This document shows positions 28,801 through 45,129 of a DNA stretch of 64,000 bases, in pieces (the first letter of the stretch is position 1; each line of letters opens with the position of its first letter). A program made the translations under genes and the position numbers. Source of the stretch: Octopus sinensis (lineage: Eukaryota); the NCBI RefSeq assembly GCF_006345805.1, contig NC_043000.1:62000001-62064000 (forward strand). The letters run 5' to 3'. The notes under the pieces are model-generated. The model saw only the letters and a list, made by a program, of their open reading frames with translations. It was not told the origin of the DNA and searched no databases.

Positions 28801-29844
28801 AATGGTGAAATAAATATCGATGTTATATAATTGATGCATTTCGGCAAATCTGTGTCTGTATTACCAGACAATTTCAAAAAAATGTTTAAGAAAATTTCAA
28901 AACTCTGCAAAAATCCGGTACAAATTCTTCATGGTTCAAAACGTTGCTTACTTTTTACTCAACGTGATAGAAATGATTTCGACATTTACAAATTGCAGAC
29001 TAATTGCACTCACTCTACACCCTGCAATGGTGCGGATGATCTTAGATAATTGAAAACATTGACGATTGAAGGAAGGACCCAAAACTTTAAAAAAGCAACC
29101 GAAAAAGGAGGGGTTTGCCAAATTATGACGGAATCAGTTTGAGCTTTTATCAATGTTATGAACTTATTGATCTTCACGGTAGTCAAACTGTTCCTACATC
29201 ATTTCTTATTGTAATGGTTTATATTTTCTGCTCATTTTATAGATTCATTGTGATTGAACTGCAACAGTGAGCTTTTTGTTGTAAACTTTTTTTACTAAAA
29301 CTACAATTCTTTTTTGTGACAGAATAATCAGTATTTCTGCGTCTTCAAAGGAAATAGTGAAATAGATTTTGTTTGTCTATTCTTTATTGTTTCGTTATTT
29401 CACATTTCTAACGAGACAAAATTCTGGAATATTTCCACAATAGTATGAACATTACGTGATTGTTTCTCTTCACTAGTTGTATCATTAATGAATATTTTTG
29501 ACCTAGTTACTAATTTCAATATTGTGTAGAATATCACTACTTGAAAATATTCCCAACAGTTGCACCTCTTTCTATGCTATAATAATTTGCAAATATTATT
29601 GATATTCATCGATATTATGATTAAACTATCAAAGTTCTGTAAATCATAGGAAACTATCAATCTTATTAATTCTATTCAAACAAGTAATGTATGCCTTCTG
29701 GAGTAAGACACATGTAAATAAACTCTGAAATTGTACATTATTTCATAGATAATTGTTGAGTTCTTTATAGCAGGTTATAAAGTTCTTTGAAGTGTCTACA
29801 ATATGGTTTAAATATCCAGTTCATGCTATTTATACTGTATATTC

Positions 29845-30350
29845 AAACCGCCAGATTCAATATACTACTGAGATGGACTTTGTCTTTAATCCCTCTCGTA
29901 TCTATAAAGGAGAGTACCAGATGACAGTGGGGTCGATATAATCGACGAATCATTTCCATATAAATTGGTAGCCTTGTTTCTCAATTTGAAATCATTATTA
30001 AATGCTGTGCAAATTCTGCCTAAATTGACTTTGCCTTTCATCACTTCTGGATCGATTAAATAAGTACCAGCTGAAAACTGGAATCGATCTAATCGATTTA
30101 ACTCTTTCCCGATATTGCTGGCATAATGTAAAAATTCGATATCAATATTAAATTCGGTGAGCTGATAGAAAATTGTGTGATAGAAAAACGGTTGTGGTAT
30201 TTTTTTCGGGGTCTTTACATCCTGAATTCAAATTCTGTTTGAGTCACCTATGTCTTCCATCCATCTGGAAAAAGGGGTGATAAACTAAAATGGCAGTTAA
30301 GACTCATCCTCTCCCTTTATGTTGATTTTGTACCTACACTGTAAACAGTT
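29845..30350 (+). mobile_element. Cluster of two to three diverged family-B SINE fragments
   Basis: Repeated GACTTTGTCTTTAATCC / GACTTTGCCTTTCATC, AAGTACCAG, GTCGATATAATCGAC and GAATTCAAATTC motifs. Confidence 0.6.
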
Positions 30351-30406
30351 ATCGCATATTTAACCTTTTAGCATTGGAACAGGTCATACCCGACCCAAAT
30401 ATGCTA

Positions 30407-32410
30407 GACAATTACAGGCCGATATCCTGCTTGCCACTTATGCAGAAATTATGGATTGGAATATTCGCAGAAGCAATGTACGGACATCTGGAAAAAAAAT
30501 GGAGTCCTGCCATATGAGCAGAAGGGTTGCAAACGTAAGTGCAGAGGTACCAAGGGTCAATTGCTGGTAGACAAAACTGTACTTAGGGACTGCAAGAGGG
30601 TAAAACTAGCACAACCTTGTCATGGATGGAATATCGTGAGGCATACGATATGATCCCGCATTCTTGGATTATCGAATGTATGAACCTATTTGGTATTGCA
30701 TTGAATGTTGAGCGATTGCTTGGAAAAAGTATAGCGAAGGAGAAGACGGAACTGACAGCATATGGAAGAAGTTTAGGGACAATAGAAATAAGGAGAGGCA
30801 TCTTCCAAGGGAATAGCCTGTCCCCACTGATCTTTCTACTGTCCATGATACCACTAACACTGATTCTGAGGAAAGCAAATGCTGGGTATGCATTCAAGAG
30901 CGGCCAACAAAAAGTCAACCACTTATTATTCATTAAAGAACTTAAACTTTATGGTAAAGTTGATGCGGTGTATAATTTCAGTGTTGATATCAGAATGGAG
31001 TTCGGACTGAACAAGTGTGGTGTGTTAGTCTTGTAGAGAGGCCAAATCAAATGTATGGAATGGGGTAGCGATACCGTCGGGTGAGGTTATGAAGCAGAAA
31101 GAAGAGACGATCTATAGATACCTGGGGATATTGGAAATGGAAAAATTGATGGAGAAAGAAATGACAGAAAAAATTCAGGTGGACTACTTGCGCGGACTGA
31201 GACGAAATTAAACGTAGTCTAAATTAAACGTACGGAATAATATTGAAGATATCAACACCTGGACGGTTTTATTACTTAGATATTGAGCAGGGTAATCGCA
31301 TGGTCAGTAGACGAACTACACAGCTTAGACAGAAAGACAAGGAAGTTGCTGACTATGTATGGGATACTCCACCCAAAACGTGACACAGACAGAGTGTATG
31401 TACCAAGTAAAAGAGGGAGAAGAGGACTAATTGGATGCAAATGCAGTAATTTGAGCAGAAGAAAACAACATAGTATTGTATGTAAAAAATGCCACAACAC
31501 CACTGTTATTGGACATAGGAAGGCCAGGCTTTTGTAGGATGGAAAATTGCAAAGATAAAGCACTTTACAGGCACTTGAGAATGAAACTGAAAATAGGTGT
31601 ATAAAGAAAAGAATGTATGGACAATTTTACAGGGATGTTAAAGATAAGATAGATAGAGAAAAAAATGGCTATGAATGACTAAAAGTGATTTAAAACCAGA
31701 AACGGAGGCTCTAATCCGTGCTGCCCAAGAGCAAGCATTAAGAACGAATTACAAGAAATATAGAATAGACAACACATCAGAAAGTGATAAGTGCAGAATT
31801 TGTATAAAGTGACAAAATGGTGGAACCGTATGGCATATAACCAGCCAATGTACGCCACTAGCCCAGAAAGAATATAAAGGGAGTCATGACAATATAGCAA
31901 GAATTGTCTGTGGGGTACTTTGCAACAAGTATGAACATGAGATAGTAAAAAATATGGTATGAACATAAACCCGAAGCATCATCGAAAAGGATAATGCAAA
32001 GATCCTATGGGATTTTATGATCCAGTGCGACCATGAGATAGAGAATAAGAAACGAGACATAGTGTTGAGAAAGAAAACAAACAATGCTGGATCAAAGATA
32101 TAGCATGCCCAGCAGACAACAAGGTATGCGATAAGGAAGAAAAAAATCGATAAATATGACAGGTTAGCTTGGGATGTTAAGCTGTTGTGGTCGATGAAAA
32201 CGGTAGTAGTCGTACCAGTAATTGTTGGAGCCCTTGGAACAGTGAGTGAAAATCTTGAGAATTACATGGAACACATAGGGGCTGTAATAAGGGAGTACCC
32301 GCTCGAATACTTCAGACTGTGCTCGAAAAATATGGGATGATACCTTAGTTCACTGGTAGTGAACAGCTAGCACCGTAGTACATCTCCGATGTTAGAAGCT
32401 GTGCAAAGAC
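30407..32410 (+). mobile_element. 5'-truncated R4/Dong-clade LINE (RT, CCHC, RLE), disrupted
   Basis: [72 protein letters not shown] knuckle, SHDNIARI, KYDRL...VPVIVGALG. Followed by an (AAT/AAC)n tail. Confidence 0.92.
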
Positions 32411-32465
32411 AATAAATAACAACAATAACAATAATAATAATAATAATAACAACAACATCAATAAC

Positions 32466-32558
<93 letters not shown>

Positions 32559-32580
32559 AAGAAGAGAAGAAGAAGAAGAA
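32411..32580. repeat. (AAT/AAC)n-(AGT)n-(AAG)n compound tail
   Basis: Direct reading; abuts the LINE 3' end. Confidence 0.9.
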
Positions 32581-33223
32581 ATCTATGCACTTTAATAAAC
32601 TCATAACTGGTGGGACCAAAATATCATATTTATACAGCTTGTTTCATTCTTCATAATGTGATTAATTGATTTAAAGTATTATTAGAAAAACAAAGAAACA
32701 AAAATCATTGACTATGTTCTCACATATCCGTTAACCTAGCTAAAATTGTAACACTTAAGTTATAAACTGCACCTACTGTACCAACCAATCAGAGACATAG
32801 ATTTTGTTGAACGTAATAAATAAGAGTAAAAAGATTTCTTAATTATTGATAACTTGTCACCATTGATTTATTAGTAATTGAAATGTATAATTGGAGTCAA
32901 AGATTACTATAGCTTTTAACCATGTGACTTGATAGATTTTAATCTTCTGTAATCTTTGTTATTGATATGAAGTGTTACATATCATCAATATTTGTAGTCA
33001 TGTAAAATATAAATTATAATTTGTAGTTTATAATTCTTCTCTACGGTACTTAATAAGTTGCTGAACATTTTATACACTTCGCTTATTTGTGTAGTAAACG
33101 AAATTGATAACCAAGAAAATGTTTTTCCTTTGAGAACACGATAAGATCTGTTTTAAACCATATTTTATATTTAATTAAATTAGTTGGCTATATGACCAAT
33201 GGAACGAGTGTCGAAAAGCTTTC

Positions 33224-33267
<44 letters not shown>

Positions 33268-33283
33268 TATTATTATTATTATT

Positions 33284-33838
33284 GAGTGAGAGAGCAGTGC
33301 ATGTCATCAAAGTGACACTGGGGTAAAATATACGAAGCCCAGTATACCCATCATGACTACCCTTCTGATAAGGGTACACTAGGCACATGCATCACAACCA
33401 TGTGTGCGCGACATGGTGATCTCATGTCAAGATAAACAGCACATGACCTTGCAGGTGGGGCCCAGTTAGAATTTTCTTCAGGTCGAGTAACCCATCCCAC
33501 TCGAAAGGTCCCTGAATAAGGGTTGTTTAAGGATGTTGAACGAAACACCCATGTTTCCAGAGGTGAATTATTCAAACCCCAAAGAATCCCTCTCAACACA
33601 CGGCTATGATGCTCCCCCACTAATTCTGCTCGTGATCAGAGATTCACATATCGTCAGCCACTAAGGGACATGCTCAACTGGTTAAGGTCAAACAACTGAC
33701 AAGCAAATCTGTGGTATTGAGCAGAATATTTGCTGTAGCCCATCTTTTATAACAAGACAAAACAATGTACATGATAACACTTCCAATCAGTTGAGATCAG
33801 AAGCCATGAGAGCCACTGCCTGGTACTGCATCAGGGCA
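33284..33838 (-). mobile_element. 555-bp non-coding dispersed element inserted in (ATT)n
   Basis: GC-richer block with sharp borders, (ATT)n on both sides, and no TIR or credible ORF. Recognised from memory as an abundant octopus repeat. Orientation is inferred from the (AAT)n tail. Confidence 0.65.
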
Positions 33839-33856
33839 TTTATTATTATTATTATT

Positions 33857-36299
<2,443 letters not shown>

Positions 36300-36920
36300 T
36301 TAATGCCATTTTTGGTCGATTCTTGTAGCCTTACGGAAGGCTCAATATAGTGAGATCAACGCAAGAAATAAGTCCCAAAGGCTAAGTGGAAAACCTACAT
36401 ACGCCAACTATACATAAGGTAGTCATATTACACACACAGAAACACGCACACACACGCATGCATATATTCAATAAAACCCCATAAACTAGATTTCAACAAG
36501 CACATCAATCGTATACAAATCTTCATCTATTTAAGGATTCATACCAGATCTGTGCACATGTTCCTACATTTTATACACACACACATACACACACGCACAC
36601 GCACACACACACTCACATAACGAAAGGCGTTATGCTCAATACTTGAATTTGACTTTATTTGCTAGACGTTCGTAATGAACTTTGCAGAACTTGACACTCA
36701 TGACTATCTACAAATCTAGTATAAACAAATGTAAATTTCAATTCATTGAGATTAACACGAAAACGCATGAACCAAATTAACCACAACCAGGTGAGAAATG
36801 TTATGAACATTTATTAATTCACTTTGTGTAAAACCCACATGTGTATACGCACACATATGAAAATTTGTATACATATACAAATACATGCCTATATATATGT
36901 ATATATATAATATATATATA

Positions 36921-36953
<33 letters not shown>

Positions 36954-36960
36954 TCTTTTA

Positions 36961-37343
36961 TTTTTTACTTGCTTAAGTCATGTGATTATGGCCATGCTGG
37001 AGCACCGCCTGTAATCGTGCAAATCGACCCCAGGACTTATTCTTTGTACGCCTTGTACTTATTCTATCGGTCTCTTTTGCCGAACCGCTAGTTACAGGGA
37101 CGTAAACACACCACCATCGGTTGTCAAGCGATATTGGTGTACAAACACAGACACATTAACACACACATACACATATTTATACGTATATACGACGAGCTTC
37201 TTTCAGTTTCCATGTACCAAATCCACTCACAAGGCTTTGGTCGGCTCGTGGCTATAATAGAAGACACTTGCCCAAGGTGCCACGCTGTGGAACTAAACGC
37301 AGAGCTATGTGGTTCGTAAGCAAGCTTCTTGCCATACAGCCAT
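36961..37343 (-). mobile_element. tRNA-derived SINE (family A)
   Basis: Homologous to 18941-19339 along its length. Confidence 0.85.
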
Positions 37344-37700
<357 letters not shown>

Positions 37701-38327
37701 GTATGTATGCATGCATGTATATGTATATACCCGTGATATGACACTGTGTGATATATTAATATGACTCAGTGTCCACCCAATGAGATGAAAATGTAATTTA
37801 ATAGCATATATTATTGGAAAACAATCATTTTACCTCGCGACAGCAGTAATACATTATTTTCGTAACATCGTATATAGTAATACAAGTCATCAGATTTCGA
37901 TCCAATAAAATCATTTTTATAGCTATCAGAATAAGTTTGCACAATCATGACAGCATATCAATGCATGTATGTACGTACGTACGTACGAAATGTCTTTACA
38001 TGTCTAGCAAATGTTGTTTATTTTTATTGAGGAGTGGGATGTATGCTTATATCTCTTAAAGGGATTCCATGTCTCGTTGATGAAGACGGATTATATCGAA
38101 TTCGCTGGCGAATTAGACGTACTAACCATATGATTTATCCATATTTTACAAATATATTCAGAGAAAAACAGGAGACCAAGCCAAAACGAATTTAATGTTC
38201 CATCACACAAATATTGATGGACATTTGAAATTGGTTTTGCAGGGCGAAATGTATGAGCCGGCGCCTGTGATGTGGCAGTTTATTGTATATCATTATATTA
38301 TTATAGGAAAACTACGTTATGTGAGTA

Positions 38328-38829
38328 CCGTATTTCAACTTACCCTCCTTTGAGTTCAAATGTACCGTTGCTTATATCCACGACACTTGCCATAAAAGAT
38401 GTAAAATTCCTATTTCTTCTGTGATATTGCGTTACTAAGGTGGTGCACACAGTTTTGTTGACATCATGTTGCGAGTGACTAATAGACGGAAAAAAGTTTA
38501 ACATTTCTTTCATCTTTGTAGGAGAACTTACATTTAATTAATTAAGAACAGCTTCTTTTTCAAACAAAGCTCAGTTATTAAATAATCTAAATCACAATAG
38601 ATGTGAGTTATGTATGTCCAGAAAAACTGTCGACGTATTTGAGAATTTCGCTTGTCTTCTATATTTCATTATTTTTAACAAACATTGCACTTGGAAAACA
38701 TACGCTCATTTAACTACCTAACCTGCAACACTCGATCTTCCATCTGTAATATGGCCGCATTAGAAGCAAAACAAATATTCTGGTACATTTGAGAATAAAA
38801 AGGCGCATCTTATATTCCAGCAAATACGG
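38328..38829. mobile_element. Tigger/pogo-like non-autonomous element
   Basis: TA|CCGTATTT at the left and AAATACGG at the right (short TIR). The right-hand TA is mutated. Confidence 0.5.
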
Positions 38830-39184
38830 CATTCTAACTAGACATCGGGCCCGAAAGATTAAAACAGAGTGGACACCGCAGAAATAAAAGAATGTGCCCT
38901 GTGTTGGTTTTCAGATTGGTGTGGTGGATTACATCAAGTACTCAAGAAGGATATGGTTGGATCCCATCTCAAATTGCAAAGAGTAGAAGCAAATATTTTT
39001 CATGAACAGGTTTAGTGATTAAGCCACCAGTCTATTTGATGTGACCGTTTATTTCTGTCCTAATTCTCGTCATTGGAAAATAGAAGTTCTGATTTCAAAA
39101 TTAGCGTGGAATTCATGTCTTAATACACATACATACACATACACACATACACACACAGACGCACAAACACTCACATATATGTAC

Positions 39185-39258
<74 letters not shown>

Positions 39259-39438
39259 GATTTATATAACCACTCACACACAGACACGCACACATATATT
39301 TAATTAGAGGATATGCTAACCTCGTGAAGGGACGGTTTCATCGTTGCATCCTAGGATATATTGGCTCACTACCTAGTATTGTTTGTGAATGATATTCCCT
39401 TAAATCAATAGGCATATATTAAGCATATAGTTTATATC

Positions 39439-39896
<458 letters not shown>

Positions 39897-40032
39897 CACA
39901 GGTGTGACAGGTATTGGTATGCCGAAAACCTAAGGTGGCAGTTAACGCTATGTAAGTGCTATGGAAGGAAAGTAGTTATACTCTCGGTTCGACAATAATA
40001 CGAGTGAGAAGACCAATACGAGTCTTGAATAA

Positions 40033-40297
40033 GTATGTATATGTTAAATAAAATGAGACGACAAAGCCAAGGCTATGTGGAATTGTCAGGAAATTTATAA
40101 AGAGAAAGTTAGTCCTACAGCAGTTTCTATTGAACTCTACTATTTCCATCTATTTAATCATTTTATACCGTCTCTGATGTAGGGATATCCCTAGTATTTC
40201 AGTAACAGCTGAAAGATTTTTTTTTGTCTTTATAAATTTCCTGAAAATTCCACACAGCCTTGGCTTTGTTGTCTCATTTTATTTAACACTCACATAC
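40033..40297 (+). mobile_element. Decayed HHR-type element with inverted 5' partial copy
   Basis: Arms 40033-40127 and ~40202-40297 are inverted. Degenerate HHR at 40170-40217. The inverted arm retains GAAACTGCTGTA (reverse complement of 40116-40127). Confidence 0.55.
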
Positions 40298-40352
40298 AGA
40301 CAAACACATATAAAGTTTATAATATAATATATATATATATAATATATATATA

Positions 40353-40392
<40 letters not shown>

Positions 40393-41199
40393 TTAAAGGG
40401 CTGAATACGAGGAGAGAAGGGAAAGTGGTCTCATGATTTTTTTGGTTTTTTTTATCAACGGCTTCATTTTATTAATGAGCGAAACTTCTTTTTTCCTTAC
40501 TTTTTAAATGTTACTTTTAAATGTTACGGAAAGGAACCTTAAGTTCCTGAGCATGATATTTCTTCACATGATTTTTAAATGGTAATTTTGTTTGAATGTT
40601 TGACTTGATATTTATGTTTCAGATGGTGCTTCGGATGTAGCAATCGTCACATATACTACAAGCTACAAGCTATGGAAGACTTCGATCCTATGTCCATAAT
40701 ATTCACCGGGTATTTGGGATGCGTACACATGACGGTGATTTTTATACAGGAGTTTCTGCCATGAATAAAGGAGTGGAGGACACCACCACGACCATCACTT
40801 TGTCCCTTCTGATCGGTCAGTGGCTTCTAGCAATGGCTCCGACATACAAAATGGTGGTGTCAAGAAAATATGACATCTCTGGAGATGTGAGACTTGCATT
40901 GGTACATACGAGCCTTCTGGCATTTGATGAATGGTTTTAGCTAGTTGTTGTTTAGTAGAATTGATTGGTGCTCGCAGCATCATCTGCTGCATCATTGCAG
41001 CACTTACGTATCCAAAAAATTTCTTTTCATGCGTAGGTGGTTTGAACTGAAAAGGCTATGATGTTCAGTGTATACAAATTATTAACAAAAAATCTTTTAA
41101 AAAAACGAGCAAAGATCTAGAACCAGATTAATATTTCAAACACAATACATGAAATATGCTATCATCCCTAACACAATAAGAAACATTCACCAGCCTATT

Positions 41200-41336
41200 A
41201 TTATTGATATTATCATTATTATTATTATCATTATTATTATTATTATTGTTGTTGTTGTTGTTGTTGTTATTATTATTATTATTATTGTTGTTGTTGTTGT
41301 TGTTGTTGTTGTTTTGTTGTTGTTGTTATTATTAGG

Positions 41337-41389
<53 letters not shown>

Positions 41390-41415
41390 CATTATTATTG
41401 TTGTTGTTGTTGATG
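41200..41415. repeat. Mosaic (ATT)n/(GTT)n microsatellite
   Basis: Direct reading of the sequence. Confidence 0.95.
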
Positions 41416-42195
41416 TTGTTTTTTGGTTTAGCTACATTTCAAAAGATTTCATGCACAATTCATTATGAGAGAATTTTTACGAAAACTTCCAACGCATCTT
41501 CACCGGCGTGCGCACATACACACACACACATGTATATACACAAATATATCAATTATATATATATATGAATATATATATGTGCGTATACATATATATATGT
41601 ACATATATATATATGTGTGTGTGTGTGAATATATATATATATATATATATATATAGAAGCAATTATTGGGATAAGTAAATTAGACACATCAACTATATCA
41701 AATATATTAATTACATCAACTACAACAAATACAATATATGGGCGAATATATTTACATACAAAACGAAAGAAAGGAAAAGGTGGACACATTCAGATGATGA
41801 ATGATGAATTTGTAAATATAGATATATAAATTTTCACCTTTGCCGTTTATGAATCATCGTGTGATGTCAACGGAAATCTTATAAACTGACAAGGCGAGTT
41901 GAGTTTAACCCAAGGCACGGTGAGAGCCACTGATGAACATTAAAATGCAGAACAATTAAAACGTGATATCATCGATTAGCTGGCTATGTGCGCTGCTGTA
42001 AAGAGCTTGCTTCCCTTACCAATCATTAAGATAGTGCTTTCCGTGGCTATTGAGATGTCCTGACTCTTATTTCTAGCAATACTGGTACAGATTAATGGGC
42101 TTTGTCACTGTAGTGACGTCTATATTGTAAAATTGCGGATAAGCCATCCATATTATTTATACACACACATATACATTCCTATCTCTTTCTCTCTG

Positions 42196-42239
<44 letters not shown>

Positions 42240-42240
42240 T

Positions 42241-42285
<45 letters not shown>

Positions 42286-42425
42286 GAGGGCATTATACAT
42301 ACATGCCAGGAGGCATTCTACATACACGCCATACGCTAAGAGGGACAATCAGTCATTTCTACCAAAAATATTACTAATCCCACCCCAGAATGCAATTTTT
42401 CAAAGAAAGACATTTAAAAATATAT

Positions 42426-42473
42426 AGACCTGTATCACAGTGATTTCATACTTACGTAATCATCAGCAGGCCT
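42426..42473 (-). ncRNA. Type-I hammerhead ribozyme (inverted copy)
   Basis: Exact reverse complement of 43003-43050. Confidence 0.8.
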
Positions 42474-43002
42474 GAATATACCATAAATAAACAACGACCC
42501 TGCTTCGCTTAAGCCGATCAGCTAACTGATCAACATCAACGAAGCACATGGGTGAATTTATATATACTATATCCGGATGAATGGCAAACTTTTACGAATT
42601 GCATTTCGGGAGAGGAAAATGGTAGAAATTGGTAGAAATGACTGATTGTCCCTCTTAGCGTATGGCGTGTATGTAGAATGCCTCCTGGCATGTATGTATA
42701 ATGCCCTCTATATATAAATTAATATGTTCAATAAGAAATAATTATTTTCGAAATTTTTTCTCTTATGAGGTTTTTACGCTATCTACCTGACAATTTCTTG
42801 TTAAGTTTTCCTTATTAAGTAGTTGTCCTTAATTGCTAAATTTTTATTCCGAAAAAACTTTTCCTCTCCCGAAATGCAATTCGTAAAAGTTTGCCATTCA
42901 TCCGGATATAGTATATATAAATTCACCATGTGCTTCGTTGATGTTGATCAGTTAGCTGATCGCTTAAGCGAAGCAGGGTCGTTGTTTATTTATGGTATAT
43001 TC

Positions 43003-43050
43003 AGGCCTGCTGATGATTACGTAAGTATGAAATCACTGTGATACAGGTCT
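43003..43050 (+). ncRNA. Type-I hammerhead ribozyme, unit 1
   Basis: Stem I AGGCCTG/CAGGTCT (7 bp, one G-U); CTGATGA 43010-43016; stem II TTAC-GTAA-GTAT; GAAA 43029-43032; stem III ATCA-CTG-TGAT; predicted cleavage after AUA at 43043. Confidence 0.85.
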
Positions 43051-43478
43051 ATATATTTTTAAATGTCTTTCTTGAAAAATTGCATTCGGTGGGATTAGTA
43101 CTATTTTTGGTAGAAATGACTGATTGTCTCTTAGCGTATGGCGTGTATGTAGAATGCCTCCTGGCATGTATGTATAATGCCCTCTATATATAAATTAATA
43201 GTTCAATAAGAAATAAATATTTTCGAAATTTTTTCTCTTATGAGGTTTTTACGCTATCTACCTGACAATTTCTTGTTAAGTTTTCCTTATTAAGTAGTTG
43301 TCCTTAATTGCTAAATTTTTATTCGAAAAAAACTTTTCCTCTCCCGAAATGCAATTCGTAAAAGTTTGCCATTCATCCGGATATAGTATATATAAATTCA
43401 CCCATGTGCTTCGTTGATGTTGATCAGTTAGCTGATCGGCTTAAGCGAAGCAGGGTCGTTGTTATTTATGGTATATTC

Positions 43479-43531
43479 AGGCCTGCTGATGATTACGTAA
43501 GTAGTATGTGAAATCACTGTGATACAGGTCT
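43479..43531 (+). ncRNA. Type-I hammerhead ribozyme, unit 2 (5 extra nt before GAAA)
   Basis: Same stems as unit 1, but GTAGTATGT precedes GAAA. The core is probably disrupted, or this is a read error. Confidence 0.6.
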
Positions 43532-43960
43532 ATATATTTTTAAATGTCTTTCTTTGAAAAATTGCATTCGGTGGGATTAGTAATATTTTTGGTAGAAATG
43601 ATGATTGTCCCTCTTAGCGTATGGCGTGTATGTAGAATGCCTCCTGGCATGTATGTATAATGCCCTCTATATAAATTAATATGTTCAATAAGAAATAATT
43701 ATTTTCGAAATTTTTTCTCTTATGAGGTTTTTACGCTATCTACCTGACCTGACAATTTGTTCAGTTTCCTTATAAGTAGTTGTCCTTAATTGCTAAATTT
43801 TTATTCCGAAAAAACTTTTCCTCTCCCGAAATGCAATCGTAAAAGTTTGCCATTCATCCGGATATAGTATATATAAATTCACCCATGTGCTTCGTTGATG
43901 TTGATCAGTTAGCTGATCGGCTTAAGCGAAGCAGGGTCGTTGTTTATTTATGGTATATTC

Positions 43961-44009
43961 AGGCCTGCTGATGATTACGTAAGTATGAAATCACTTGTGA
44001 TACAGGTCT
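43961..44009 (+). ncRNA. Type-I hammerhead ribozyme, unit 3
   Basis: Same as unit 1, with a 4-nt loop III (CTTG). Confidence 0.85.
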
Positions 44010-44438
44010 ATATATTTTTAAATGTCTTTCTTTGAAAAATTGCATCGGTGGGATTAGTAATATTTTTGGTAGAAATGACTGATTGTCCCTCTTAGCGTAT
44101 GGCGTGTATGTAGAATGCCTCCTGGCATGTATGTATAATGCCCTCTATATATAAATTAATATGTTCAATAAGAAATAATTATTTTCGAAATTTTTTCTCT
44201 TATGAGGTTTTTACGCTATCTACCTGACAATTTCTTGTTAAGTTTTCCTTATTAAGTAGTTGTCCTTAATTGCTAAATTTTTATTCCGAAAAAACTTTTC
44301 CTCTCCCGAAATGCAATTCGTAAAAGTTTGCCATTCATCGGAGAATAGTAATATAAATTCACCCATGTGCTTCGTTGATGTTGATCAGTTAGCTGATCGG
44401 CTTAAGCGAAGCAGGGTCGTGTTATTTATGGTATATTC

Positions 44439-44486
44439 AGGCCTGCTGATGATTACGTAAGTATGAAATCACTGTGATACAGGTCT
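44439..44486 (+). ncRNA. Type-I hammerhead ribozyme, unit 4
   Basis: Identical to unit 1. Confidence 0.85.
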
Positions 44487-44758
44487 ATATATTTTTAAAT
44501 GTCTTTCTTTGAAAATTGCATTCGGTGGGATTAGTAATATTTTTGGTAGAAATGACTGATTGTCCCTCTTAGCGTATGGCGTGTATGTAGAATGCCTCCT
44601 GGCATGTATGTATAATGCCTCTATATATTGAATTAATATGTTCAATAAGAAATAATTATTTTCGAAATTTTTTCTCTTATGAGGTTTTTACGCTATCTAC
44701 CTGACAATTTCTTGTTAAGTTTTCCTTATTAAGTAGTTGTCCTTAATTGCTAAATTTT

Positions 44759-44986
<228 letters not shown>

Positions 44987-45129
44987 CAGAGAGAGATAAA
45001 TACATACATTACACGAATACGCATGTACGCATATACATAAATATATGCACACACGCACACATATATCCACTGAATTTTTTTATTCTTGTAATATGTTTTA
45101 ACACTTACCATTAATAGTTGCCTTTCTTT

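Noticed and set aside
37835-37900. Minus-strand CTGATGA...GAAA with a 4-bp stem III
   Set aside because: No stem I pairing and poor stem II.
38066-38120. TTGATGA-AGACGG...GAATTCGC-TG-GCGAATT-AGAC hammerhead-like stretch
   Set aside because: Two core defects and a misregistered stem I.
41925-41960. CTGATGA-(A)CATT..AATG-GAAC
   Set aside because: The core reads GAAC rather than GAAA and no local stem I/III forms.
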